From: Octopus vulgaris
Lineage: Eukaryota
Direction: 5' to 3'
Length of the DNA: 64,000 bases
NCBI GenBank assembly: GCA_951406725.2
Contig: OX597833.1
Span: forward strand, 56,296,001 to 56,360,000
Shown here: positions 1 through 14,055 of the stretch, in pieces
Numbering within the stretch: the stretch's first letter is position 1
Layout of the letters: every line of letters begins with the position of its first letter
Position numbers and translations under genes: made by a program
Notes under the pieces: model-generated
The model's database searches: none
The model's input: only the letters and a program-made list of their open reading frames with translations
What the model was told of the DNA's origin: nothing

Positions 1-76
1 TAGATTAAAGTTGTTTTATTAAATTTCCAGACATGTCCTCAAATACCTCTCTCACACTGCATTGTTATCAATATAT

Positions 77-486
77 ACTCTTTACTCTTTTACTTGTTTC
101 AGTCATGTGACTGTGGCCATGCTGGAGCACCGCCTTTAGTCGAGCAAATCGACCCCAGGACTTATTCTTTGAAAGCCTGGTACTTATTTAATCGGTCTCT
201 TTTTGCCAAACCGCTAAGTTACGGGGACGTAAACACACCAGCATCGGTTGTCAAGCGATGTTGGGGGGACAAACACAGACGCAGAAAAATGCACATACAC
301 ATATATATATACATATATACGATGGGCTTCTTTCAGTTTCTGTCTACCAAATCCACTCACAAGGCTTTGGTCGGCCCAAGGCTATTAGTAGAAGACACTT
401 ACCCAAGGTGCCCATGCAGTGGGACTGAACCCGGAACCATGTGGTTCGTAAGCAAGCTACTTACCACACAGCCACTCCTGCGCCTA
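77..486 (-). mobile_element. tRNA-derived SINE family A
   Basis: Head GGCGCAGGAGTGGCTGTGTGGTAAG...GGTTCAGTCCC, tail (GAGTAAAA)n. Other copies: about 17645-18053(+), 36191-36604(-), 37467-37834(-), 41835-42240(+), 43364-43741(+), 46690-47037(-), 47531-47923(-), 57320-57923(-), 60677-60860(+), 61269-61657(+). Confidence 0.85.
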
Positions 487-522
487 TATAACAATAATTT
501 TTTTATCCCACAAATTCAGACA

Positions 523-560
<38 letters not shown>

Positions 561-1643
561 GTAAATTTAAAAACACATATCAAGATACATAAGCGTAAGT
601 AAACACATAATCCGCAGGTTTTTAATAACATGCGGATGAGAGAAGCTGTTGTCTGAAACCTACTGAGATAAACAAGCAGTTTAAAAAAGGATTATCCTCA
701 AATCACTTATATGCTGCAAGCCAGTTTAGACATGGTGAATACGGCGGTTTACGTATTCCCAGGAGCTGCCGTCCTCTGATGTGGATAAGTTTACCACAGG
801 TACTACTCACAAATGAAACATTCTCATCCATAAGTAATAGATATCTTTATCTAATAATTTTGTTGATATACATCCATAAATAACAGATATTATTAACTAA
901 TAATTTTGTACTGGGTTTTGTGGAATTAAGTAACGGATTATTATTGTTGTTACATGTTAAAGAAATTCATAAATGTCATCTTCCTACACAGTTCATCTTC
1001 CTACACAGTTCATCTTCCTACACAGTGTTATTTATCTGGCTATCATCTTCTTACACAATTCTATTCATTTGGCTATCAGAAGGTACACTTTCTGTACATA
1101 TTAGTCTATGTTTAGATTAATTTATTTTAGTTCTTTCTTTATTAGTTTACTTGTTTATTTCTATACATGTGTTTCTTTCAATCTATGTATCTTTCTTTTT
1201 ATTTTTTTCAGTATTTATGAATTTTTATTTTACACTATTGTTAGAGCTTACTTCACATAAATATTCCACACTATTCTATGCCTCTCTAAGCTAAAATGTT
1301 TTTCTATGCTTTTGCAAATCAGTTTATATACAGTTGTTGGGATTAATGAAGAATCTTGTGAATTCTATTTTCTGTTTCTCTTATTTGTCATATATGTATA
1401 TATAGAAGTGAGATCGAAGGATCAAAGTGTAGGAAGTAAGTGAGCTTCAAGCAATCTGTAGAAAACATAAAAAAATCAACTTTCAGGAATAGTAGTGGTT
1501 TATTAGTGTGGAAGGTTGTGGATTTTTTCCATATCAAAGTACAATAAACTGAAAAATAGTTTATAGTTCACAGTTGGCAACCAGGGTTTGTGGGAATGTG
1601 AACAGAAATCCAAGAATTAAGGAATGGAGTAGATAAAATCTGG

Positions 1644-1729
1644 GCTACATGTTTCATAGCGGAAATTACTACCTCGGAAGGTAGTAATTATCCAAGCGAG
1701 GTAAATACCACAGGCTGCTCTTCAGGCAA
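1644..1729 (-). ncRNA. Hammerhead-like motif with long branched stem II
   Basis: Minus strand gc-CTGAAGA-gcagc...[ggataattactacc/ggtagtaatttcc hairpin]...gctat-GAAAC-AT-GTA-gc. Palindromic ACATGT stem III; stem I only 2 bp. Confidence 0.4.
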
Positions 1730-2183
1730 TGAATATCTTGATTATATGAAGTTTACATTGCTGTTAGGAGACCCATGTTAACACATGGAAAATTCAATCA
1801 AAATGCATTTTGATTGGATTCCACGGTGGTACTCCAGCATGACCACAGTCACATGGCTGAAACAAGTAAAAGATTAAAAGAGCCCAGATTTTATTTACTC
1901 CATTCCTTAGTTGATATATATATATATATATATTTATATAACTCCAAGAAAGTTAAAGGTTGTGAATCCAACCCACTAAGGAATATTCATATTTTTTATA
2001 ATAATTACTGGTATCCTTATATATTACTATATTTTATATCTTATATCTTTTATGAAAAAGAATAATATGTTATATGTATGTATGTTATTGTAATTTTCAG
2101 TTTAGTAAATAAATAAATAAGTTAGCATAATATAATGTCTAAAAGTTGATGAACCACCTGTTGTTCTCCATTTTCTTATTTGC

Positions 2184-2184
<1 letters not shown>

Positions 2185-2233
<49 letters not shown>

Positions 2234-2257
2234 CATACATATACATACATACATACA

Positions 2258-2288
<31 letters not shown>

Positions 2289-2305
2289 CATATACATACA
2301 TATAC

Positions 2306-2365
<60 letters not shown>

Positions 2366-2376
2366 GTATATGTATG

Positions 2377-2444
<68 letters not shown>

Positions 2445-2480
2445 CATATATATACACACACACATGTGCACGCACACACA
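2185..2480. repeat. (TA)n/(TACA)n microsatellite
   Basis: Read directly from the sequence. Confidence 0.95.
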
Positions 2481-3064
2481 TGCTTGCACACAGCAGTATG
2501 TCTAGCTGATTAACTAGTTCTGTTCTATAGCTTTACATCTTATGAAATGAGGCTGCAATTTATATCACGTCACTGGTGCTGAGCTGGACACAGAGTAAAT
2601 CACTCACAATTTCTTGCTTCGCTTACTGGAAAGCAAAACAGACACAAATAAAATAGAATTACTCAGTGAAAGAGTACCAACCTAACTCATCGCTCACAAT
2701 TAGTTTGGGCTACAATTAAAATTAAATTAACGAAATCAGTTTATTCACCTATCGAGACCCAACATTTATATCTTCATCCTTACTATTTTCAGTTAACATA
2801 TCATATCAATGATATTTTTATTCCATAGATCCTTCCATTGTGACCTTGTTCTTTTGTTAACCTATCATATTGTCATGACATTGCATCTGCTTATCCTGAG
2901 GAAACTACTCCATCTTATACCCTCCAGCTACTTTTGTGATTCATACAGATGTATATTTTATGGTTGGTCTTACTTAGTCCAAGAGCTCTCCACCTACCTC
3001 CTTTCTCTCCATCTCTCTGCATATCCATTTATATCAATCACTCTCTCACACTTTTTAATGTTAT

Positions 3065-4047
<983 letters not shown>

Positions 4048-4634
4048 CACATACACAAATGTGCATTGATCTTCTCGTGTTTTTTCCACGGATTATGTGC
4101 ATCAAGACATGCAGGCTGGGTATATGCAAGTATTATGAATGCATGCATCTGTAGAGCTTGTGAAATCAAATATGTGTGCGTCTATGCGAAAGTCTATGCA
4201 TGTGTGTGTTTGTCAATGTGTGCATATGTATGCGTATCCATGTCTCTGTGTGTACGAGTGTAAACGTGTGGGCGTGTGTCCACATGTACATGCCTCTGTG
4301 TGTGTGTGAGTGTATTTCTATGTAGTTGTTAATGTGTGTAGATATATAGAGATATGCATGTATTTCACTGTGTGCAGTGTGAGCTTATTAATGTTTTGTG
4401 TGTGTGCGTGTGTGTGTGTGTGCATGCGTGTATGTGTGCATGCATGTGTGTGTGCATGTGTGTGTGTGTGTGTGTGTGTGTTGGTCTGCCTACCTGTTTC
4501 CTTTCATCAGGCTTTATGCCCCACAACCACAATTAAATGGTGGTTTAAGGAAAAAGGAAAGGGAGTATATTTTACCTATTTCAGTCCCAGTTAAGATACA
4601 TTCTTGCTTTTTATATTATAACCATGTAGCCTAA

Positions 4635-5150
4635 GCCAGGGGTGTAACCAGCCCACTTATGCATACCTTCCCTTCATTTGACACTGCTTGTGAAGACCTG
4701 TTGAGGCAAGTGTAATCGGAATTGAAACCAAATTCGATGACTGGCATCCGTGCTAGCGGAGCACTAAGAGCACCATCTGAGCGTGATCGTTGCCAGAGCA
4801 GCTAACTGGCGTTCGTGCCGGTGGCACGTAAAAAGCACCATTCGAGCGTGATCGTTACCAGCATCACCTTACTGGCACTTGTGCCAGTGAGCAGGTGATA
4901 TGTAAAAAAAAAATACGATTTTCCATGACTGTTGCCAGTACCGCCTGACTGGCCCTCGTGCTGGTTGCACATAAAAGCACTCACTACACTCTCAGAGTGG
5001 TTGGCGTTAGGAAGGGCATCCAGCTGCTGAAACTCTGCTAAATCAAGATTGGAGACTGGTGCAGCCATCTGGTTCGCCAGTCCTCAGTCAAATCGTCCAA
5101 CCCATGCTAGCATGGAAAGCAGACGTTAAACGACAACGATGATGATCATT
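4635..5150 (+). mobile_element. RTE-type LINE/SINE 3' end with internal about 60-bp minisatellite and (GAT)n tail
   Basis: Repeated GCCGGTGGCACGTAAAAAGCACCA, then GAGTGGTTGGCGTTAGGAAGGGCATCCAGC...CCATGCTAGCATGGAAAGCGGACGTTAAACGATGATG. Copies at about 5600-6135(-), 11107-11275(-), 20430-20700(-), 40180-40430(-), 43815-44175(+), 44625-45040(+), 45680-46335(+), 48560-49160(-), 62405-62703(+). Confidence 0.75.
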
Positions 5151-6437
5151 ATTAAGCCAATAAGGTATTTCTCGGGGTCACCTGACCCCTACAAGAAATA
5201 GTAGCCAAAGAGCCAAATCTCTTTCAAATTGCATTCTGCCATCTTAAAGAAAAAGAGGACACATTAGATAATGTAGTCTTTGATATCTCTAAAAAGATGT
5301 GATGGTCACAGCTGGCATACATTTGATCATAGGTATGCATGATCAAAGTTAACCTAGGGTTAAAAACGAAATAGACTGTCATGATATTTTGTAATGAAAC
5401 TTGTTATTCATCACAAGACTTATTCAGCCCTTTATTTTATAAAGAAGGAAAATTAATCCCTTCTTAGGGGTTAGTCTTCAGTTTAATTCAACCAATTACA
5501 ATACAGCAATTTTTGTCTTTTGTTTAACACAGCCTCTTGGTGTTGGTTGTTGTATAGTTTTATTGATGCTTTTCTTTTTTCAATTAATATTTTAGTATTC
5601 ATCATCATCATCATCATCATCATCATTTAACGGTCGTTTTCCATGCTAGCATGGGTTGGACGGTTCAATCAGGGTCCGGAAAGCCAGGAGGCTGCAAAAA
5701 GCTCCAGTCTGATCTGGCAGGGTTTCTACAGCTGGATGCCCTTCCTAACGCCAACCACTCCATGAGTGTAGTGGGTACTTTTTATGTGCAACCGGCACAG
5801 GTGCCAGGGGAGGCTGGCAACGGCCAATATTGGTTGGTGCTTTTTACGTGCCACCGGCACGGAAGCCAGTCAAGGCGACGCCGGTATCGGCCACATTTGA
5901 GTGGTGCTTTTTACGTGCCACCGGCACAGGTATCACAACTACAATTTCCATTTGATTTTTGTTTTGATGTTGATGTACTTGACTCAATAGGTCTCCTCAA
6001 GCACAGCAGGTCACCCTACTATCCAAGGTAAGCACAGTAGGCCATCCTGCGATCTAAGGTACTTTGGATGGGCTGGGGCTGCTATGTGAAGCTGGTACAG
6101 GAAACAGCCATGAACTCACGTTATTTGTCGGGTCTTTGCATGAATATTTGAATATATTAATATTTGAATATTGATACTGATTTCAAATTTTGGTACAAGC
6201 CCAGCAATTTCGGGTGAGCATGCCAGCATGGAAGGAGGATATTAAACAATGATGATGATAATTGAGTCAGTGTTACATATACTCCACCACATTAGCATTT
6301 CTATTTAGATTTTTTTTAATGCTAATTAGTTTTTTGTTAATGTTAACATTAAATATGTTAACATCAAATCAAACTATTGTTTTGCATGCAGATGGCATCC
6401 CTAGGCAATTAAATTTACATTTCATTATTTGCTCAGA

Positions 6438-6905
6438 ACATTGACCTCCTGGAATCTGTTCAGAGACGTGCAACCAAACGCATACCCTCCATCAGACACC
6501 TACCATATTCTGAGCGCCTTGTTTCCCTGGGCATGGATTCACTGAAGCTCCGGCGTCTGGCAACGGACTTGGTAAACGCCCACAAAGTTGTCAACCACCT
6601 CACCAATAACAACACTGGACACCTTTTTGATCTCCATGTGTCTAACACACGTGGACATGCCTACAAAGTCAGAAAACAGCACAGCTCCCATGACTTTCGG
6701 AAACATTTTTTCACGCTAAGAGTTGCTGAAGCATGGAATAAACTGCCTGCATCAGTTGTTGACTGCCATGACACTGCATCCTTTAAGGCCCTCATGCTTT
6801 CCGAAATCCGTCGAAACTACACCTGATTATATATGCACTTTAGATGAGTTGTAGTGCACCTGAGCACTGTACACAATGTTTATTATTATTATTATTATTA
6901 TTATT
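6438..6905 (+). mobile_element. 5'-truncated CR1-clade LINE 3' end
   Basis: LESVQRRATKRIP...YSERL..LGMDSLKLRRL..DL...TRGHAYK...RKHFFTLRVAEAWNKLP is a CR1-type ORF2 C-terminus. (TTA)n tail. Confidence 0.85.
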
Positions 6906-7103
6906 ATATCCATAGATTTCGCAGTAACAATGAGACAATTTCACAGGAATTTCATGGTAAATTATTGAAACACATTTCTTTTGAATGAGCTTCTACTTCT
7001 TGTTAATTCCATCTTTAACAAATGTCAATCCATTATTCCATTTACTAAATAAATTATCTTTTTCAGAAGTTCAGAAATTTTTATGCTGTTTTTTTAAAAA
7101 AAG

Positions 7104-7209
7104 ATGACTAAATTGTTGAAGAGCTGCACATGGAAAATAGTGTCCTTTTTTGTTCTGTTGCACCCTATTGCGATTTGTGGTACCGAAACAGCTATCAGAG
7201 AGACAACAG
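7104..7209 (+). CDS. Coding exon 1 (signal peptide) of uncharacterised CUB-like, probably GPI-anchored protein
   Basis: MTKLLKSCTWKIVSFFVLLHPIAICG-TETAIRETT is signal-peptide-like. Ends G|GTAATA in phase 1. Upstream acceptor ttatctttttcag ends at 7066, implying a 5' UTR exon further upstream. Confidence 0.65.
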
Positions 7210-7489
7210 GTAATAGTAAAGGCTTTGATAAATCACTATATTTCTGTATTTATGAGATGAATTTTGAAATAGATCTTATAAGACTAAGATGTCATAGTTA
7301 AACAAAAACTGACACAGTGAAAGTTGCTATAAGAATAATCCAGATTTAACTCTTTTGTTACCAAATTTCCAAAGGAATATACTGACTTTGATTCAACAAA
7401 TTTTGAACATGACAAAAAATATAGTAAAATAATTTATTTTTTACATTATTTACATTCGACAGCTATTTGTCCTCATCTTGTTTGTTGTT

Positions 7490-7535
7490 AACACAACGTT
7501 TCGGCTGATATACCCTCCAGCCTTCTTCAGGTGTC
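7490..7535 (-). ncRNA. Minimal hammerhead ribozyme motif (Penelope-like type)
   Basis: Minus strand gacac-CTGAAGA-a-ggctg..cagcc-GAAA-CG-TT-gtgtt: 5-bp stem I, 5-bp stem II, palindromic AACGTT in place of stem III. Confidence 0.6.
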
Positions 7536-7590
7536 TTGGGGAAATTTCGAACCTGGGTTCTCATTCCTAAGGTATTCTTCGATGTTGTTG

Positions 7591-7637
<47 letters not shown>

Positions 7638-7671
7638 ATTATTATTATTATTATTGTTATTGTTATTGTTA

Positions 7672-7715
<44 letters not shown>

Positions 7716-7943
7716 GTTATTGTTCAGGTCACTGCATGAATCAAACTTGGAATATTGGGGTTAGTAACCCGTGCTCTTAACCACTACGCCATATGACCAT
7801 GGTTAAGAGCGTAGTACTTAAGAGTGTGGGCTACTAACCTCAAGATTCCAAGTTTGATTCCAAGCAGTGAACTGAACAATGATAATAATAATAACATCAA
7901 AGAATACCTTAGGAATGAGAACCCAGGTTCGAAATTTCCCCAA

Positions 7944-7986
7944 GACACCTGAAGAAGGCTGGAGGGTATATCAGCCGAAACGTGTT
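7944..7986 (+). ncRNA. Hammerhead motif copy with cleavage-site deletion
   Basis: Same sequence as 7490-7535, but GAAACGTTGTGTT is shortened to GAAACGTGTT (3-nt loss). Confidence 0.45.
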
Positions 7987-8515
7987 AACAACAAACAAGA
8001 TGAGGACAAATATCCGTCGAATGTAAATAATGTAAATAATGTACATAATTCCTCATCTCTTAAATATAGAACTGAATTTTTTTTTATTGTTAAGCTGATG
8101 TTTGGAACACAAATTAACATGAATTTTTGATGGAAGGTTCTTCCATTTAAATCAGTTTAAAACAGAACATTTCTATCATGGAACCAGAGGCAGTCTCAGG
8201 TGTGTTGGTATCAAAAAGTTTAAAGAAATAAATAAACAAAATATGGCATCAAAACATAAAAATAAGAAAAATGAAGTTATTATTTGATCCATCTTCATTG
8301 CTCTTTTTCTCTCTATGTTGAACTGCATTAAAATATTAGTTTAACCCTGTAGCATAAATTCTTACAAATGTTGGCAAAAGGCCAGCAATTTTAGAGGGTT
8401 AACAATAGTCATTTACATGAAAGGACGAAAGGCAAAGTTAACCTCAGTAATATTTGAACACAGAATGTAAAAAGCTAGAAGAAAAGCTGCTAGAAGAAAA
8501 ACTTCATCCAACATT

Positions 8516-9600
8516 TTAACCCTTTCATTACCAACCCAGCTGAAACCGCCTCTGGCTCTGAGTACAAATGTCTTGTTTTCATAAGTTTTGAATTAAAATC
8601 TTCCACCAAACCTTGGTCACAATTTGTGTTCCTTTTCAAACTCCACCTGTCTAACACCCGTGGACATGTTTACAAAGTCAGAAAACAGCACAGCTCCCAT
8701 GACTTTCGGAAACATTTTTTCTCTCTAAGAGTTGCTGAAGCATGGAACAAACTGCCAGCATCAGTTGTTAGTTGTCGGAGCACTACATCCTTCAAAGCTT
8801 CCATGCTTCCTGAGATTTGCCTACACTACACCTGATTTTCTTCCCTCCATACACACGCAAGCATGTATCTGACTCATACACTGTTCACTTTCCAGACATT
8901 TGTACATTACTGCATATGCTTTATACACACTTCTGACAAGTTGTGGTGCACCTGAGAACTGTGTACAATAATTTCATTATTTATTATAACACTAGCTCAA
9001 TGATAACTAAGTTATTTTACTAAATTCTTTGTTATATTTAAAGTAATTGAAAGAAACAGAGAGCTTCTCCAAATAAATACAGTAACGAATGGATTAAATA
9101 TATAATAGAGAAACAGTTCTTAACCCTTTCGTTACCAACCCAGCTGAAACCACCTCTGGTTCTGTAGTACAAATGTCTTGTTTTTATAAGTTTTGAATTA
9201 AAATCTTCCAACAAACCTTAGTCACAATTTATGTTCCTAACACTAGTTGAATGATAACTAAGTTATTTTACTAAATTCTTTGTTATATTTAAAGTACTTG
9301 AAAGAAACAGAGAGCTTCTCCAAATAAATACAGTAACGAATGGGTTAAATATATAATAGAGAAACAATTCTTAACCCTTTCGTTACCAACCCAGCTGAAA
9401 CCACCTCTGGTTCTGTAGTACAAATGTCTTGTTTTCATAAGTTTTGAATTAAAATCTTCCACCAAGCCTTAGTCACAATTTATCTTCTTAACACTAGCTT
9501 AATGATAACTAAGTTATTTTACTAAATTCTTCGTTATATTTAAGATTAATTGAAAGAAACACAGAGCATCTCAACAGAAATATGGTAACGAAAGGGTTAA
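8516..9600. mobile_element. Three tandem piggyBac-like MITEs (TTAA ends)
   Basis: TTAACCCTTTCGTTAC...GTAACGAAAGGGTTAA termini. Units start at about 8516, 9121 and 9371, with spacer atataatagagaaaca. Confidence 0.75.
8633..8985 (+). mobile_element. CR1 LINE 3' fragment inserted in a piggyBac-like MITE
   Basis: SNTRGHVYKVRKQHSSHDFRKHFFSLRVAEAWNKLP. The MITE sequence resumes after it. Confidence 0.8.
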
Positions 9601-11689
9601 TGATGCTACTAGCCCACCACCTTAAGCCTCATAGCATTAATAATACTTCAAAAATCTTAATGGCATGATGGATGTGTGTTTAAGTAGTTTGCTATAAAAC
9701 CCTGTGGTTTTTCAATTCAGTCCCACTGTATGATACTTTGAGTGTGTGCTTTTGACCATAGCCTCAGGCTAGCCAATGCCTTAGTAGAGAAATTTGATAG
9801 AAGCCCATTGTATATGTCTGCATGTGTATCCCTTCCTAATGTATATTAGTTTCAGGTTTTGGCACAAGGCCAACAATTTTGCGGGAAGGGGCCAGTCAGT
9901 TACATTGGCCCCAGTGCACAACTGGTAGTTATTTTATTGACCCTAAAATGATGAAAGTCAGCCTCAACAGAACTTGAACTCAATGTAAACAGGACAATAT
10001 GCTGCTGAAGATTTCTTCCAGCATCATAACGGTTCTGCCAGCTTGCTGCCTTTCTCTTGTTAATGTATATTAGCCAGAAATGTACACATCAGCAAGAAAA
10101 CCAATAAACCAATACGTTCAGACAAAAATACTGTGTAGTATTTATTTTGCCTGCGTTGCACAAACTCTCCTCTCATCACTCTTACCATCAGAAAGTGAAT
10201 GAGCTGATGATTGGTTCGTTGAGACCTTTAACCAATGATGCCATTTTCATAAAGTGAATAAATTAAATATTTTGATATGTTAATATATGAAAGACAAAAA
10301 TGATGCAGCTAAGATAAACTTGACATCCCTCCCATTAATTCTACAGCATCACACCCTGGGCAAGTGTCTTCCACTATAGCTCAGGGCCAACTAAAGCTTT
10401 GTGATTTGGATCTGGTAGATAGAAACTGAAAAAAACCCGTCATGTGTGTGTGTGTTACTATTTTCTTGCCTTGACTTCATGTGAGAGTTGTAAACAAGTG
10501 TCACCATGTGTCACAATGGTGTCCTAAGTTTCCAATGTCCCATGGAAAGATGTCTGATGATGGAGAATTGTTACCTTACCTGGAAACAGGCAAGGGTCAG
10601 CAACAGGAAGAGCATCCATCTGTAAAAAATCCACCTCAGCAAATTCCATCCAACCTATGTGAGCATGGAAAAGCAGATGCTAAAATAATATGATGATGAT
10701 AATGATGACATTGATAATGACGATAGATACTACATCAATGAAGTTAGGTATTGATAGTTTAAACAAATGGTTTATCCAACAGCAACGCATCTTTGAATAC
10801 AATTTCTAACGTATCCAAAGTATCACATAGCAAATATGAGACATAATCATTCATTTGAACAGAACTTTATCTTTGTATATTTGAGAACAAACAGAAATAT
10901 AATATAATATAACAATCCCCATGGTTTGGCAAAAGAGACTGATAGAATAAGTACTAGGCTTACAAAGAATAAGTCCTGGGGTCGATTTGCTTGAGTAAAG
11001 GCAGTAATCCAGCATGGCCACAGTCAACTGACTGAAACAAGTGAAAGAGTAAAAGAGTAAAGAGTATGCAAATACAATAAAACATGTGTATGTCAAAGGA
11101 AGACATTATCATCATCATCATCATCATCATTTAGCATCTGCTTTCCATGCTAGCATGGATTGGACGGTTCAACTGGGGTCTGGGAAGCCAGAAGGCTGCA
11201 CCAGGCCCAGTCTGATCTGGCAATGTTTCTACGGCTGGATGCCCTTCCTAACGCCAACCACTCCATGAGTGTAGTACATCTTTTAGTACATCGTTATGTG
11301 CTATAAGACATAGGTAGATTAACGATAATAGACAAGTGAGTTACAGTAAGATGTTGATTGACATGAGTAACTAATCAAATGGATGGAGATTATAGCAGGT
11401 TCCTTTCACTTAGTGACTCGTTCTGAAAACTTCATTAAATATCACTTCTCTAACTTCAATTAACAGAGATACGAATTATTTCTTCTTTTCATGTAGCTAT
11501 CAACAACAGTACAACATCTTTGGATGCAGCCTATGATATATCCAAATTATCACAAAGCAAGTATGTGGCACAAACACCATACATACAGAACTGTAAGTAT
11601 TTTTGCATATTTGATCAGAGATATAGAGATATGATATAACTAAAAAGAAGTAAAAAGTCAGCTTCCCATTATGTTGTATGAAGTATATT

Positions 11690-12010
11690 ATGCAAAAATA
11701 AATCTCTGAGCGAGGTATAAACAGTAGCTGCAACACATCGTGAAGTATATTTGCCATTTAAATATGGCTAACCCCTAAGGGCGGATGCTACTGTAGCTTG
11801 TAGCCCCAGGAGGACACCTCCTCCAGCTGGCTATAGACACACTTTCTGTGCCCTATCAGTATTTGCAAAGGGAAGCCATCCTACCTGTCTTCAACCTATG
11901 ATACACACAGACTCATGTTTCTGGGTATTGACCCGTCATCAGCGTATAACAATCATGGCTGTTGATGAAAAGTAGGCCTTCCTCTGCAAATATATATACT
12001 TCACGAAGTA
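11690..12010 (-). mobile_element. Second copy of the hammerhead-bearing fold-back family
   Basis: High similarity to 21861-22075 (gtgaagtatatttgcca...gacacactttctgtgccctatc...ccgtcatcag). Confidence 0.7.
11904..11948 (-). ncRNA. Minimal hammerhead ribozyme motif
   Basis: Minus strand tatacg-CTGATGA-c-gggt-caat-accc-a-GAAAC-atga-GTC-tgtgtg: intact core, GUC triplet, stem I with G-U pairs. Confidence 0.6.
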
Positions 12011-12684
12011 TATTATGATTTTTAACACAATATGTCTATAAAAGGATTTTTTTCCTGCTGAAAACCACAGCTTCTGTCATTTCAACTACATACATACATT
12101 AAATATGTTGAATTGATAGAATTTTTTTTTGTTTCTAAAGACTTGCTTCTTTTGCATGATTCAAATTTTTTCGGCTTATGCCAAGCCTTTGCAAACTAGC
12201 TTATACTGTGTGACTGACCAAACTATCAGATGTTGTTACACATCATTGGTCACAATGCACTTTGTATCATTTTAGCCTTCGAAAGATGCCACCCCGCTGG
12301 CTAGATAAGCAGGCCAACATTCCCTACTGACCAAAAGGGGGACTGGTGCAACATGAAATGAAGTGTTTTGCTCAAGAACACAATGCACTGTCCGGTCTGG
12401 GAATCAAACCCATGATTGCTAGATTGTGGATTCAATCCTGGGAATTGAACCCACAATCTAGCAATCATGAGTGAAACACCCTAACCACTAGGTCACATGC
12501 CTTCACATAGTATATACACCATGACATGAGTACGTGACACTGGTAAGCCACAACAACGGTGAAATATATATCTGTCACTCTCACAGTTACTTCTGAGGCG
12601 ATTTCATTTCACCTGGCTCTATGACAACTTGTGTTGTAATACAATACATTTATAAAGGGTTTTTCTTGGATGAAAACCACAGCA

Positions 12685-12765
12685 TGTGTGCATGTGTGTG
12701 CGTATGTGTGTGTGTGTTTGTGTGTGCATATGTATGTGTATATGCATGTGTGTGTATATATATGC

Positions 12766-12803
<38 letters not shown>

Positions 12804-13035
12804 ATGTATATGTGTGTGTGTGTATATAGATATTTATATACACATGGTGGTTGGTTGGTTGGTTGGCATCCTTTTTGTCTCGGGAGACAATGGAGTTATG
12901 CATACACGCACATACATACACATACATACACATATATACATATATCTATGCATATATATATATACACACACACATATACACATATATATATGCACACACA
13001 ATTACACACACACATACATACATACATACATACAC
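12685..13035. repeat. (TG)n then (CA)n degenerate microsatellites, mutually complementary
   Basis: Read directly from the sequence. Confidence 0.9.
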
Positions 13036-13897
13036 AACATCTCCATTCAAACAAATGTACTTTTAATCAATTCTAACATGATGCTCAATAATTAATTACT
13101 CGTATATGTAAAACTTAATTCTCTCGCCGCTTCACCAACTCTGGGAATCACTGATCGGATATTTACGAAGCTTGACTACTGACCCCATGGTCACAAGTTC
13201 AAACCTTACGACAGGCAAAGTTCATTACTATGTTTAATCCGTCGGTTACGACAATGAGGGTTCCGGTTGATCCGAATCAACGGAACAGCCTGCTCGTGAA
13301 ATTAACGTGTAAGTGGCTGAGCACTCCACAGACACGTGCACCCTTAACGTAGTTCTCAGGGATATTCAGCGTGACACAGAGAGTGACAAGGCCGGCCCCT
13401 TGAAATACAGGTACAACAGAAACAGGAAGTAAGAGTGAGAGAAAGTTGTGGTGAAAGAGTACAGCAGGGATCACCACCATCCCCTGCCGGAGCCTCGTGG
13501 AGCTTTTAGGTGTTTTCGCTCAATAAACACTCACAACGCCCGGTCTGGGAATCGAAACTGCGATCCTATGACCGCGAGTCCGCTGCCCTAACCACTGGGC
13601 CATTGCGCCTCCACTATGTTTACCCTAATGCATCGCGAACAATACACACTACACATACTTTTTCAATGAAAGGCAGGAATTATTTAGTGGTAGATAAAGA
13701 TATCTTGCAAACATACAAAATTTCTGAAAGCCATTCCACTTAATACAAGCAGAGATGCATTGATATAAAAAAAGGGCAAAAGAAAATTACTCTCCCCAGA
13801 CACAACAGAATAAATTAAATATTTTGATATGTTAATATATGAAAGACAAAATGATGCGGCTAAGATAAACTTGACACCCCTCCCATTAATTCCACAG

Positions 13898-13958
<61 letters not shown>

Positions 13959-14055
13959 CAATTGAGATAAAATCTTTAAAAGAAATTATCAGTAGTCAGC
14001 GTGAAAAACCTCGTAAGAGAAAAAATCCGTAAATTCTTCCTCTTTGAAAATATTC

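Larger units (their letters stand above)
7440..8073. mobile_element. Head-to-head inverted pair of a tRNA-headed, (AAT)n-containing element with hammerhead motifs
   Basis: 7440-7795 (-) and about 7818-8073 (+) are reverse complements. Head TGGCGTAGTGGTTAAG...GTTTGATTCC resembles Pol III A and B boxes. Confidence 0.7.
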
